From the IMG/VR virus record IMGVR_UViG_3300045988_081755: 64,000 bases of DNA. One strand, given 5' to 3'. Positions within the stretch are counted from its first letter, which is position 1; every line of letters starts with the position of its first letter. A program made the translations under genes and the position numbers. The notes under the pieces are model-generated. The model was given only the letters and a program-made list of their open reading frames with translations, had not been told where the DNA came from and ran no database searches. Of this stretch, positions 18,666 through 28,900 are shown one piece after another. Source of the stretch: a virus.

Positions 18666-20817
18666 CTTTAAACATTTCTCTTTCTAAGAAGAAGTTAAAC
18701 ACATCGATATTCACACCAAACTTCGTCGAAGACGGAGCTATCACATCGTCCTTATGCTTGGGGTCTCGCTTCTGAATATCCGCCCGAATTCCGTCAATAT
18801 CAACGATGTTGAAATAATTTTTCGCGGCATTAGTGATGTACTCAAGAAGCATCCCCCTCTCAACTGTCAGAACAGTAACACGGTCAATTACATCATTTGT
18901 GAATGTAATTGTATTGTTCACCGCTGTCACGTAGAAGAGCTCCTGCGTGCTCTCTAATATAACGAAAGTACCAACCTTAATACGTCTGTCCCCATTTATT
19001 GTTATCGTTCCTTTACGAGTGAACGGGAGATACGAGGTGGTCTCAACCACATACAGTAAATCATTCAACAACGCTTGAGACATTGTATTGATATTCTTTT
19101 CGTCGTCTTTCCCTTTCAGGCTCTTTTCAGACAGATAGATATCATTCGTGATGCACCGCTTATTTCCGAAACGTTCAACATACTCATTCAAGAAGATAAT
19201 AGGAACCAACGCCAGTGAGGAGAACTGTGAACTACCTGTCAATGCGTTCTGTGGCATGATTCGATACCACGCATAAGCACGGTTATCATACTCAAGCGAA
19301 AACGATAACAGGTCTTTCGGTTCTATTCCTATAAATTCTTTTGAATTGACAACGTTCTGAATTGCCGTCTTCGTAAACGGAGGCTGGCGTATCATCAGGT
19401 CGAATTCGTTCCCCCACGTATCTCCCCAAAATTCAACGAACGGTTGCTGGCATATCTTATTGAAGAAATCAAGCAACGTTCCTTCGGGGTTCGTCAATGA
19501 ACGGTCAACAATTCTTCTGTCTGATAGCTGTCCGTCCACCCACAGGGTAATCATCTGCCACACCCCCTTTGCATCAGGACGCTTCGCGCAATGAGAAAAC
19601 AGGCTGTTAGGAACGATTCCAATGTTTGACAACTGATTCACGATAAACGATGACACGGTGTCAATCTGCTGAAACTCATAAGCGAAATAATAATCGTACG
19701 AACCTGTCACCATGTTACGCTTGAACCACGAGGATTCGGGGTCTCCCCCATAGAACCACCTGTCTGGGCTTCCCTCTACAAATTTCAAAGGAATAAAGTA
19801 GGAACCATCCTCAACTAACAGTTTCATCAAGTCCCGACCAGATATTGATACAGAGTAATCCGTACTTTCGGAATCAACATTTGTTGAAACAGTATCTATC
19901 AGACCCATCATATCCCATATCAACTTGTCATTCAGTTCTGACGGTTCAATGATGTGGGTGCTTGATTGGCGTTTTCCCATATCCTCATACTTCTCCTTCT
20001 TCAACTTTTCGAAACGAATAAATATCATATCGTTGTTCTGAATGAACTTCGAAAACCAGTCACGATGAATACTTCCTCGCTTATCTGTAATATTAAAATG
20101 ATTAGCAAAGTCTTCGCCAAATGTCTGGATTGTAAGCGTATCAGTTGGAACGAGCTCAATAGAGAATGTCCCCATTGATATATCTTTATTCGTCGAACAG
20201 GTTCTTATCCAAGAACTGATATCATACACTTTATTGAAGGCACGTGAATAGACCCAAACTTTGATGTTTAAGGCTTTCATCTGAACATGGTATTCTTTGT
20301 TCTCATCGCCCGAACCTGACGCTGCGGCACGCTTCTTCGCTGCGTAAGAATCATTGATTGGCTTTGAGCTACTCGAATCACCATTGTTCGTAGGAGAGTC
20401 CCAAGGCACATATTCGGGGTCTTTCAGGAGCTCTTTTTGTTTCGTTGACCAAAACGCTGAGAAGCTACTATACTGCCTCATAAACAGGTCAGAAGCAAGT
20501 ATCTCTTGCAGCTCTGCGGTTATCTGTTTGTTTGGTATTGCGTACCATGTTCCCACCATTATCAACGGTGGCTTATTCTGCTCTATTTCACTCTTATATT
20601 TCTCCTTCATTTGAGGAGAATAACTGTTTATAATTATCTCAGCATTCGTCCAATGACCATCGGTAAATTTTAGGAAGTCATCAACGGTCAAGTCCTCTTG
20701 ATACCCTTGCTTCTTCAAATCATCAAGGAAATCTTGGATAGTCGCTGGTTCGCGACTATCTTCGATTCCTTTGAACCAATCGGTTGAATACGGAGGTATT
20801 TTCTTTTCTTCTGCCAT
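18652..20817 (-). CDS. large tail-tip/baseplate hub protein (hypothetical)
   Basis: 721-aa ORF immediately downstream of the tape measure gene. Confidence 0.4.
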   Translation of the reverse strand: MAEEKKIPPYSTDWFKGIEDSREPATIQDFLDDLKKQGYQEDLTVDDFLKFTDGHWTNAEIIINSYSPQMKEKYKSEIEQNKPPLIMVGTWYAIPNKQITAELQEILASDLFMRQYSSFSAFWSTKQKELLKDPEYVPWDSPTNNGDSSSSKPINDSYAAKKRAAASGSGDENKEYHVQMKALNIKVWVYSRAFNKVYDISSWIRTCSTNKDISMGTFSIELVPTDTLTIQTFGEDFANHFNITDKRGSIHRDWFSKFIQNNDMIFIRFEKLKKEKYEDMGKRQSSTHIIEPSELNDKLIWDMMGLIDTVSTNVDSESTDYSVSISGRDLMKLLVEDGSYFIPLKFVEGSPDRWFYGGDPESSWFKRNMVTGSYDYYFAYEFQQIDTVSSFIVNQLSNIGIVPNSLFSHCAKRPDAKGVWQMITLWVDGQLSDRRIVDRSLTNPEGTLLDFFNKICQQPFVEFWGDTWGNEFDLMIRQPPFTKTAIQNVVNSKEFIGIEPKDLLSFSLEYDNRAYAWYRIMPQNALTGSSQFSSLALVPIIFLNEYVERFGNKRCITNDIYLSEKSLKGKDDEKNINTMSQALLNDLLYVVETTSYLPFTRKGTITINGDRRIKVGTFVILESTQELFYVTAVNNTITFTNDVIDRVTVLTVERGMLLEYITNAAKNYFNIVDIDGIRADIQKRDPKHKDDVIAPSSTKFGVNIDVFNFFLEREMFKDGND

Positions 20818-20819
20818 AA

Positions 20820-23003
20820 TTATTCCGATTGAATTGTTATGTTATTCAATGACTTTCCAACTCCTTCTTTAACCCCCTGAGAAACATTCTCCCGGATTTT
20901 CTGTAACTGTTCATCGGTAAACTGTATAGCAGGGAATCCACCCTGTTGCCCTGTACCTGAGCCAGCACTTCCTGGAGAGGGAGCTACGATTGTAACAGGT
21001 ATCGGACCCTCGTCTTTGATTGCTTTAACAACCGCAGCGATAGAACCTTTTCCACCAAGAATTTCTTCATATCCATCCTTAATTTTTCGATTCTGTGTTG
21101 CGGCAGTAGATGCGGCAATGTCACCAACCTTACTTCGAGCATCAGCCTCAGAATATTCAGCACCCGTTGAACGACCACGCTGAAATATTTTCTTCGCATC
21201 GTTTCCAGTTGCCTTTTCCAAGTCAATAATATCAGTCATTGACAAATTAGGGAAGATTTGTTTCATCACCTGACGACCCATTTCGCCCCCACCCGTCATC
21301 TTCTGTATTCTTTCGAAGAACTGTTGCTGAAGTTCAGGTTTCTCCGGCATCTGTTCAATCATCGCTTGTAAATCTGATAATTGAGCATCGGGACCAGCAA
21401 CCTCTCTTGCGGTTCTCAAAAGCAACGCTTGGCTGACGTCATCTTGACTTACATTGTTTCCCATTAAAGAGTTCTGTACACGCTCTAATTGGCGACCCTC
21501 CATCCCAGTAGCATTCTGTATGCTTGTCATGGAACGTACAATCCCAGCCGTATTGAGTGAACCTGTTCTGTTAAGAACATTCTCTCCCATGCGATTGAAC
21601 GATTGTAAATACTCCCCAAGTGTCGAAGCGATGTACTGGTCACTCTTTCCGAGTCCCTGTAAGTTGGTGTCAAAAGCCTGTACAACGTTGGCTCCTGTAC
21701 GACCTGAACGGTCAAACCGTGTTGTCGCTAATACAGAAGCAGCATCATCTTCAGATAAGCCTCGAATCTTTCCAGCCATTAACAGTTGATTCACATCATG
21801 AAGGGAAGTGTTCCGTTCATAGACTCCAGCCTTTTGAAGAGTTGTAACCTGAGACAGATAATCTGTCATATTCAAGCCCAACGTCCGTGAAGCCCATGTA
21901 GGAAGCTCATCTTTATCAGTTACCAACCCTGCCTTATCAGCACTTCTTAATTGCTGTCTCTTTTGACCGTATTCCCAATCTTTCCAAGCCTCAGCCTCTT
22001 GTTGCGTTTTTGGAAAGGCAATTGCCGATAAATCAAGTGTTCCTGGTTCCTTTGGTTGTGATTGCTTCTGTCTATACGACCAATCCGTCGCCATCTTATA
22101 ATCATGAAACGTAGTGTTCCCACCCGTAACATAATCAACATTATCACCAAATGAATCAACGAATTGGCTCCCCAACGCTTCACGATAGGAAATGTTATGT
22201 AAAGCAGAATAATCCCCCAACGCTCTATCGTTCTGGGTTGCTGCCATACGTCCGACTTCCTTCTTTTCAGCTTCGGCTCCCGATATGCCGAATGTCAGCA
22301 TATTCAACAACCAATGATTACCCCTGTTATTCCGACGTTGAAATTCGTTTTCCGCACCATACTGTGCAGCCTCATACTTCGCTTGCTGACCCAATATTGT
22401 TCCAATCCCCATAATAAGCGCACCGAAAGGAAGCATTCCCATCAATCCACCCATACTCGTAGGGAGCTTGAACCCTTTTCCAAACATTCCAGCACCACCC
22501 TGTCCGGGAGTCGGAACCTCTGGAGTTGCCGGAGGTGGAGCTTGAGGAGGTTCCCCTCCGCCAGCCGAAGGAAGAACACCATTCGTGTCATCCCGCTGGG
22601 TCTTTTCCATTGTGTCCGCTATCCGGACAACTTCTGACAGTATCTTATCAAGAGTCGTTTGTTGGCGTTCAGTAAGCTGGGTATTTAAAGCACGACCAGA
22701 AGTTCCTGGAGATACAACTCCACCCGAACCACTTAAAGGTCGCCCAGTATAAGGGTCTATAAGGGTCGGTCGTCTTTCGGTCGGGGTATCATTAGGGAAG
22801 CCACCTTGCATTCCCCCTGAGAGAGCGTTTCGCTCCTTTAACAGGTCGATTTGCTTTTGAATGACTCCAACAGTTTGCTCAGCGATGTCCTTGAACGTAC
22901 TTTCCATCTTATTGAAGTCGTTCCACAAGGCTTGAGCGTTTTGCCGGAGCTCCTGAAGAGGTGACGCATCAGCCGATACCCGTATTCTCTTGTCTTCCGC
23001 CAT
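20820..23003 (-). CDS. tail tape measure protein
   Basis: 727 aa with helical regions, a Gly/Pro-rich linker and a hydrophobic segment (GGLMGMLPFGALIMGIGTILG). It follows the tube and chaperone genes. Confidence 0.7.
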   Translation of the reverse strand: MAEDKRIRVSADASPLQELRQNAQALWNDFNKMESTFKDIAEQTVGVIQKQIDLLKERNALSGGMQGGFPNDTPTERRPTLIDPYTGRPLSGSGGVVSPGTSGRALNTQLTERQQTTLDKILSEVVRIADTMEKTQRDDTNGVLPSAGGGEPPQAPPPATPEVPTPGQGGAGMFGKGFKLPTSMGGLMGMLPFGALIMGIGTILGQQAKYEAAQYGAENEFQRRNNRGNHWLLNMLTFGISGAEAEKKEVGRMAATQNDRALGDYSALHNISYREALGSQFVDSFGDNVDYVTGGNTTFHDYKMATDWSYRQKQSQPKEPGTLDLSAIAFPKTQQEAEAWKDWEYGQKRQQLRSADKAGLVTDKDELPTWASRTLGLNMTDYLSQVTTLQKAGVYERNTSLHDVNQLLMAGKIRGLSEDDAASVLATTRFDRSGRTGANVVQAFDTNLQGLGKSDQYIASTLGEYLQSFNRMGENVLNRTGSLNTAGIVRSMTSIQNATGMEGRQLERVQNSLMGNNVSQDDVSQALLLRTAREVAGPDAQLSDLQAMIEQMPEKPELQQQFFERIQKMTGGGEMGRQVMKQIFPNLSMTDIIDLEKATGNDAKKIFQRGRSTGAEYSEADARSKVGDIAASTAATQNRKIKDGYEEILGGKGSIAAVVKAIKDEGPIPVTIVAPSPGSAGSGTGQQGGFPAIQFTDEQLQKIRENVSQGVKEGVGKSLNNITIQSE

Positions 23004-23310
23004 TTTGTTCTAATTTAAGCATTTCTTCAATTTCTCTTTCAGCCTCAGTAGAGAAGTCCTCAATCGTAGTCGAAGCCTTAAAGATGTCCCCAATTCCGGG
23101 AATATACTTATCCTCATCTTTCCCACGTTCAGTCTGAAACTCTTTTAAATACAGCTTGTCTTCTTCGAATTCCATTAGCTGGTATAAAAAAGAAGATTCC
23201 CGATGAGCAGGGGACATAAATGAAACATTATGCTTTATTCGCCACCACCTGTCCAACGGGAATCTATTGTTCCAGCTGACAACACCCTGTATCAGCTCGG
23301 AATGTTTCAT
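22969..23310 (-). CDS. tail assembly chaperone candidate (second of pair)
   Basis: 113-aa acidic ORF between the first chaperone candidate and the tape measure gene. It has its own ATG 1 nt after the upstream stop (TAATATG). Confidence 0.4.
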   Translation of the reverse strand: MKHSELIQGVVSWNNRFPLDRWWRIKHNVSFMSPAHRESSFLYQLMEFEEDKLYLKEFQTERGKDEDKYIPGIGDIFKASTTIEDFSTEAEREIEEMLKLEQNGGRQENTGIG

Positions 23311-23311
23311 A

Positions 23312-23680
23312 TTACTCCTCCTTCTTTACGTCATCACTTTCATCACCTTTCAGGAGGTCAGTAATTTCTTTAAAGAACGGAGCAACCGTCTTGAAGTATT
23401 CATCGCGGATAAGTTTGTAGTCCCTGACGTCAAGTTCCGAAAAGTTTTTCACTTTCATATCCTCTATCAATTTCGGACACAAAACAGCAATCGCTGCTTC
23501 AATATCAATCATGTCAAGAGCATGCTGAGCCATAGCTGAAGGACTCATGACCATTGAGTTATAGAACCCTCTGGACAGGTTTTGCTTCATTGCTTCAATC
23601 TGATAGAACTGACCCACATTAGGGAACTTCACTGGGTAACTGTGCCCCTTGATTTCAATTGTTACTTCATCTTTTATCAT
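23312..23680 (-). CDS. tail assembly chaperone candidate (first of pair)
   Basis: 122-aa acidic ORF directly after the tube gene. Confidence 0.45.
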   Translation of the reverse strand: MIKDEVTIEIKGHSYPVKFPNVGQFYQIEAMKQNLSRGFYNSMVMSPSAMAQHALDMIDIEAAIAVLCPKLIEDMKVKNFSELDVRDYKLIRDEYFKTVAPFFKEITDLLKGDESDDVKKEE

Positions 23681-23702
23681 AATCTTCTTTTATTTAAAGC
23701 AA

Positions 23703-23719
23703 GGCAGGATTATCCTGCC
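23703..23719 (-). terminator. hairpin overlapping the tube stop codon (GGCAGGAT / ATCCTGCC)
   Basis: Near-perfect palindrome followed by TTGCTTTAAAT on the minus strand. It could lower expression downstream of the sheath and tube genes. Confidence 0.4.
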
Positions 23720-24198
23720 ATGCTGATTGGTTCAAGATAAATACCACTGATGTCGGTTCCTGCAAGTCCAGCCTCCTGGATGCTGAATGACTGAGTATTC
23801 AGTAAACAGCCTTGCAAGCGAGCAATGGTTTCACCCGTGTTATCAACTTCGGTAACAAGTTTCGTCGCTGCGTCTTCGCTTGATACCGTTTTCGCATACA
23901 CCGTAATGTCAAAAGCAATGTCCCCCAATACGAGGCTATTCTTTATCTCCGCTATGCTTCCGAACTTCTTGAGCATCTTCTTCATAATCGGAGTATTGAA
24001 TGAAATGAAGTATTGTGATACACTCCATTGACAAGTGTACGCCACAGGGGGTGCTTCCTGATAAGTCAGGCTTCCCAACCCCTGAACGTTGGCACGCTGT
24101 ACGTTTTCCGAGAATGTCAGGTTGCGGACGTATCCTGCAACCTCGTTATCTATTTTGATAAACGCTTTCGGTGCTGTAAAAACTCTTCCTCTTGCCAT
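23710..24198 (-). CDS. tail tube protein
   Basis: 162-aa ORF immediately downstream of the sheath gene. Confidence 0.55.
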   Translation of the reverse strand: MARGRVFTAPKAFIKIDNEVAGYVRNLTFSENVQRANVQGLGSLTYQEAPPVAYTCQWSVSQYFISFNTPIMKKMLKKFGSIAEIKNSLVLGDIAFDITVYAKTVSSEDAATKLVTEVDNTGETIARLQGCLLNTQSFSIQEAGLAGTDISGIYLEPISMAG

Positions 24199-24210
24199 AT
24201 CTTTTTAATT

Positions 24211-25869
24211 TTAGTTTTTCAACAAGAATCCGGTGAAGAAAATCTTAGTGATTTCACTGTTCACCACCACCTCATAGGTGACATCGTAATAGTCCTCAAC
24301 TCGAGTCGCAACAACGTTCTGGAACCGCTGAATCAAGTTGTCTTGATTTTCAGTCGCAACACGTGATTGCAAGAAGTTAATTGTCCAAGTCTCAAGAGCT
24401 CCCTTTGACAAAGTATTCAGGTTCACACCGTTTTCATCGCCCAACAGGTCAATCTCAGCATTCACGACACACTCTTTGTTCAACTGTGCAAGCACACGCA
24501 TGAACTGAATAGAGAAGGACAATCCCTTCTTATTGAAGAGCGTCTTGTTATCCTGAAGAGTTGTAACACCCTGAAGAACCACGAACCTCATCAAGTAAGG
24601 ATTCGGATAAACAACAACCAAACCAGCCTTGACAGCTTTCTCCATTTCCTTTTCGTCAGGAATGTGCTGAAGTTTGTCGCCACCGATTGTTTTGTTTGTT
24701 ACCGGAATATAAGGTGGTTTGCCACTCACACGACCGATTACTTGGCACAGGTTATAGAATACACCCCACCAACGTACTTTAGACGCTACCATGTCGCTTG
24801 CAGTGCCAATACCACCGTGAACACAAACCACGTATGCATTGTTGAACTGTCTTGCCATAGCAAGCGAGTCATTGAACTTCAACTTGCTGTCGTACGCACC
24901 GACATACACAAATTTGTCGAACTTCGCTTGAGTGTTGCGGTGAGCGATAACCTTGTTATTCGTAGCACCAGCACCCGAAGCACCGATTTGGTCTGTGAAT
25001 ACGATATTATACTCAACATCAGTGATTTGAGCTAACAGGTCGTCGAGGTCAGTCGGCTTATACTGTTCAGTCGCTCCAGTAGCTACTTGCCATCCTTCAT
25101 TGTCAGCAATGTCAGAAGCATCTACTGAACCGTCACCTGTGATTTTGCTTGAATCATCAAGAATGAATCTTGACCCAAAGTTCTCATCGGTTTGGCACCA
25201 CTGAATAACCTGAGCCAACGTAGTACATTCCGGAGTCTGACAAATCAGATACGGGTCAGCCTGTTCAACTGTCAATTCATCGTAGGAAAGTTCAACCCCT
25301 GTAATCGGGTCTTTATAAAGACCTGTAAAGGTTCCTCTCCAGAATTTCATAATGAACGCATTCGGGTCTTCCGTTCCGGCTTCAATTGTCCACGCATAAC
25401 CTGTTTTCAGGAAATCGCCTTCAACCTCGCCATTTGCATTCAATCCTTCGTCGATAGTTTTCACTACCAGCGTACCACCTTTCGAACCACCACCAGTCGG
25501 GGTGAACGTCATAGTTGCGGGAGTTGTCGTACAGGCACGAGCATACAGTAACTTACTGATACCAACCGCATCCGCATTATACGGGTCGGGAGTAAACAGA
25601 GCCTCTGCGCATTTCCAGAACATTCCGCCTTTCACGAAGTCACGAAAATCTGATAATGTCTCGAACTCATAGACAGCGTCCTTTCCTTGCTTGTCGGTGC
25701 CATTAACACCTGAACCTCCACCGAAGCCAGCACCATAAACACCCGTGTCAATCAAGAGCACGGTTCCATAGTCCAAATTTCGGGAAGCACTACTCTCTCC
25801 GGAAGTTATCGTTGAATATACTCCGGGAAGAGTTCTCAATTTTCCATTGAAATAAACGCTTGTTGCCAT
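24211..25869 (-). CDS. contractile tail sheath protein
   Basis: 552 aa with an N-terminal LPGVYSTI motif, in the sheath-tube-chaperone-tape measure order. Confidence 0.65.
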   Translation of the reverse strand: MATSVYFNGKLRTLPGVYSTITSGESSASRNLDYGTVLLIDTGVYGAGFGGGSGVNGTDKQGKDAVYEFETLSDFRDFVKGGMFWKCAEALFTPDPYNADAVGISKLLYARACTTTPATMTFTPTGGGSKGGTLVVKTIDEGLNANGEVEGDFLKTGYAWTIEAGTEDPNAFIMKFWRGTFTGLYKDPITGVELSYDELTVEQADPYLICQTPECTTLAQVIQWCQTDENFGSRFILDDSSKITGDGSVDASDIADNEGWQVATGATEQYKPTDLDDLLAQITDVEYNIVFTDQIGASGAGATNNKVIAHRNTQAKFDKFVYVGAYDSKLKFNDSLAMARQFNNAYVVCVHGGIGTASDMVASKVRWWGVFYNLCQVIGRVSGKPPYIPVTNKTIGGDKLQHIPDEKEMEKAVKAGLVVVYPNPYLMRFVVLQGVTTLQDNKTLFNKKGLSFSIQFMRVLAQLNKECVVNAEIDLLGDENGVNLNTLSKGALETWTINFLQSRVATENQDNLIQRFQNVVATRVEDYYDVTYEVVVNSEITKIFFTGFLLKN

Positions 25870-25959
25870 ATTATCTTTATTAAAAGTTTACTAACTTATT
25901 TCGGAATAAAGGTATAAAAATTTTCCAAAACATCAATAACCACAAATCTTTTTGAGGAA

Positions 25960-25983
25960 GGGCAAGAGCCGAAGCTCCTGCCC
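25960..25983 (-). terminator. stem-loop after the 1294-aa gene (GGGCAAGAGC / GCTCCTGCCC)
   Basis: 9 of 10 bp paired with a CGAA loop, 8 nt past the stop. There is no U-tract. Confidence 0.35.
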
Positions 25984-25990
25984 AAACTCA

Positions 25991-28900
25991 TTAAGAAATT
26001 TTCCAGCTCGTATTCGTCGTTATCTTGAACGTTTGTGAACCACCCGTTGCGCCATAAGACAGGCTCGTTGGAGTGACTTCAAGATACAGAATCTTCGCTA
26101 CCAGTGTTCTCGCACCTGTTACCGTGAACTGATAGGAGAGACTTGTGCTCACCCGTGTGCTGCCCTCGTACCATCCGTCAAACACGTCAGCACTATTGGT
26201 CTTGGTACATACAACCGTTGCCGAAGCACCATAGTTATAAGACCCACCGCCAGATACTGAACCACGTCCCGCAGCCGAACTGTCAAGACTGACAGATATT
26301 GTATAGGAACGAGTTGTTCTATTTCCTCGAGCCTCAACCGTAACATTTCCAGTAATAGTTCCTGGAGAATAAGTTACAGAGGTGGACACTCTGGTTGAAC
26401 CATTGTACCATCCGTCGAAGCTATAAGAATATTGAGCAGTAGTTGCCGGAAGCGATGCAGTAGAACCAGCAGCCGTACCACCATAAGAAACCGACTCGCT
26501 TGCACGACTCACAGAGGCAATATACGCATTCTTATTATAGGTGACAGTATAACTTCTCAGGCTTCTCGTTCCCTTCGCAGTGTACGTTGCATTAGCTGTT
26601 ACACCAGTCGGAGCATAAGTTGCTGAAGATGTTATCTTAGTCGCTCCGTTATACCAACCATCAACCCCATAGGAGTATTGAGCAGTCGTAGCGGAAACAG
26701 TCATCGTTGAACCAGTAGCGTTGGCTCCGTGAGCAACACGTTCTGAAGTTCTACTCAGACTTGCGACATAATCACCAGCCGAATAAGTTATCGTATAATA
26801 TTTCTTCGTGAAGCGAGCATATACGGTCATCGAGGCTGTTACACCTGAAATCGCATACGATGCTGAACTACTCAACAAAGAACCACCTGATGCACCAGCA
26901 GAATACCAACCATCAAACTGATAACCAGCAGCAGCCGAAGCCGTGACAGTTATACTTCCTCCGTGATTTACACTTCCACCACCTGAAACTGTTCCACCCG
27001 TTGTTCCGGCTGTATAGTTTCCTGTGCCGTCTGTATTACGATAATACGCTGACGGGGAGACTGTATATGAGTTAATGGTCGCTTTCGCTGTAAGAGACAA
27101 ATTAGACTTAACAGCCGTCGGAGCATACGTCAATGATGTTGAAACTCTGGTTGCGCCATTGTACCAACCGTCAAATGTATATCCCGCAGTGACTGTGGCT
27201 GTACAGCCAGTCGCATTAGCTCCCCAACTTACAACTTCAGAAGTCTTACTGATTGTGGCGATACCTGTTCCCTTGACATAAGTCACGGTATAAGTGTTCG
27301 TCGTATATTCAGCCGTATAAGTTGCATTCGCTGTAACAGTAATCTCACGAGAAGCAGTTGTTACACCATCAGACCACTTAGAGAATGTCTTTCCTTCTAT
27401 CGTAGAAGCTGTCAGAGTAACCTTTGTTCCATAATCATAAGTTCCCCCACCAGAACCATTGTTCACGGTAATTGTGTACTTATTGACTGTGGCTGTTCCT
27501 CTGGCTTCGAAAGTTCTCGCAGCCGTAATGTTCGCAACGCTCAACGCAAGAGCCGTACCAACCTGAGTGCTTCCTTCGTACCATCCCGCAAACGTGTATG
27601 TATATTGGGCAGTATTAGCAGGAAGAGTCGCTGTACAGGTCGCAGTTCCACCGTAATTTACGGATTCACTCGTCTTACTGATAGAAGCGATATTCGCATT
27701 CTTTGTATAAGATACTGTATAGACGTTAATTGTCGCAGACGCTGTCAATGTACAGTTAGACTGAATTGCTGATAGAGTTGCCTTACCAGCTGAAACTGTC
27801 AATGTACCTGTTCCAGAAGTCTTCGTCCAAGTCGGAGTATTGTAACCAGTAGAAGCAACCGCAGTATCTGAAGTCACTGAACCATTATACGCTACTCGCT
27901 CAGTCGTCTTCGTCAGAGCATTTACACCTGTTCCCCTCACATAAGTCACAGTAAACCAATTCTTTTGGAATCGAGCATAAACTGTTACCGCAGCCGTCAC
28001 ACTTGCTATCTCATAAGTCGCGGACGTGCTGATTTGTGTACCACCAGCGTCGTACCAACCTTGGAATGTATAACCTGCCTTCGCAGCAGCCGTTAAAGTC
28101 GCTTTAGAGCCATAGTTATATGTTCCCGAGCCTGTTACCGTACCGCCATTCGTTCCGCTCGTAAACGAGCCAGTAGAATCCGTATCACGGTATTGAGCCG
28201 TTCCTGTGATTGCAAATGTTTTCAACACTCCCTTAGCAGTGAGCGTCATGTTTCCAGTAACGTTGGTTGGTCCATAAGTAAGAGCCGTGCTGACACGAGT
28301 ATCACCGTTGTACCATCCATCGAAATTGTAACCTGTCACCAATGCCGCAGTAGAACCCTTCGCATTTGAACCGTGTTCAACTGTTTCACTCGCTGGAGTA
28401 ACCGAAGCAATTCCTGTGCCTTTCGCATACGTGATAACATAGGTATTGATTCCGAACGATGCAGCATAAGTTTCATTTGCCGTAACATTCGTGACGGTCA
28501 ATTTAGCTGTCTTGGTTCCATCACTCCATCCACTGAACGTGTATCCTGTCGAAGCGGTTGCAGTTGAAGATGCTTCGCCACCATACTGTACTCGAGCCGA
28601 TGTCGGCGATACTGAACCACCTGTTCCGGCTGTGAATGTTACTGTAAACCATTGACGCTGGAACCGTGCTGTCAAGCTGCGAGCTCCTGTTGCGGTGAAT
28701 GTATAGGAAGCGGAATCCGAAACTTTCGAATCGCCCTCATACCACCCAGCGAAACTGTACCCAGTTGCCGGAGTTGCTTTCGCAGTGACTGATGTTCCGT
28801 GATTGAAAGTTCCTCCTCCGGAAACAGTACCACCCGTCGTCCCTGATGTAAAGTCGCCCGATTCAGCCACACGAAATTGAGCAGCCAAATTGATAGCATA

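Noticed and set aside
22969-23680. Programmed -1 frameshift joining the two tail-chaperone candidates (gpG/gpGT style)
   Set aside because: The second ORF is in the +1 frame relative to the first and has its own ATG 1 nt after the stop (TAATATG). No slippery heptamer was seen near the end of the first ORF.
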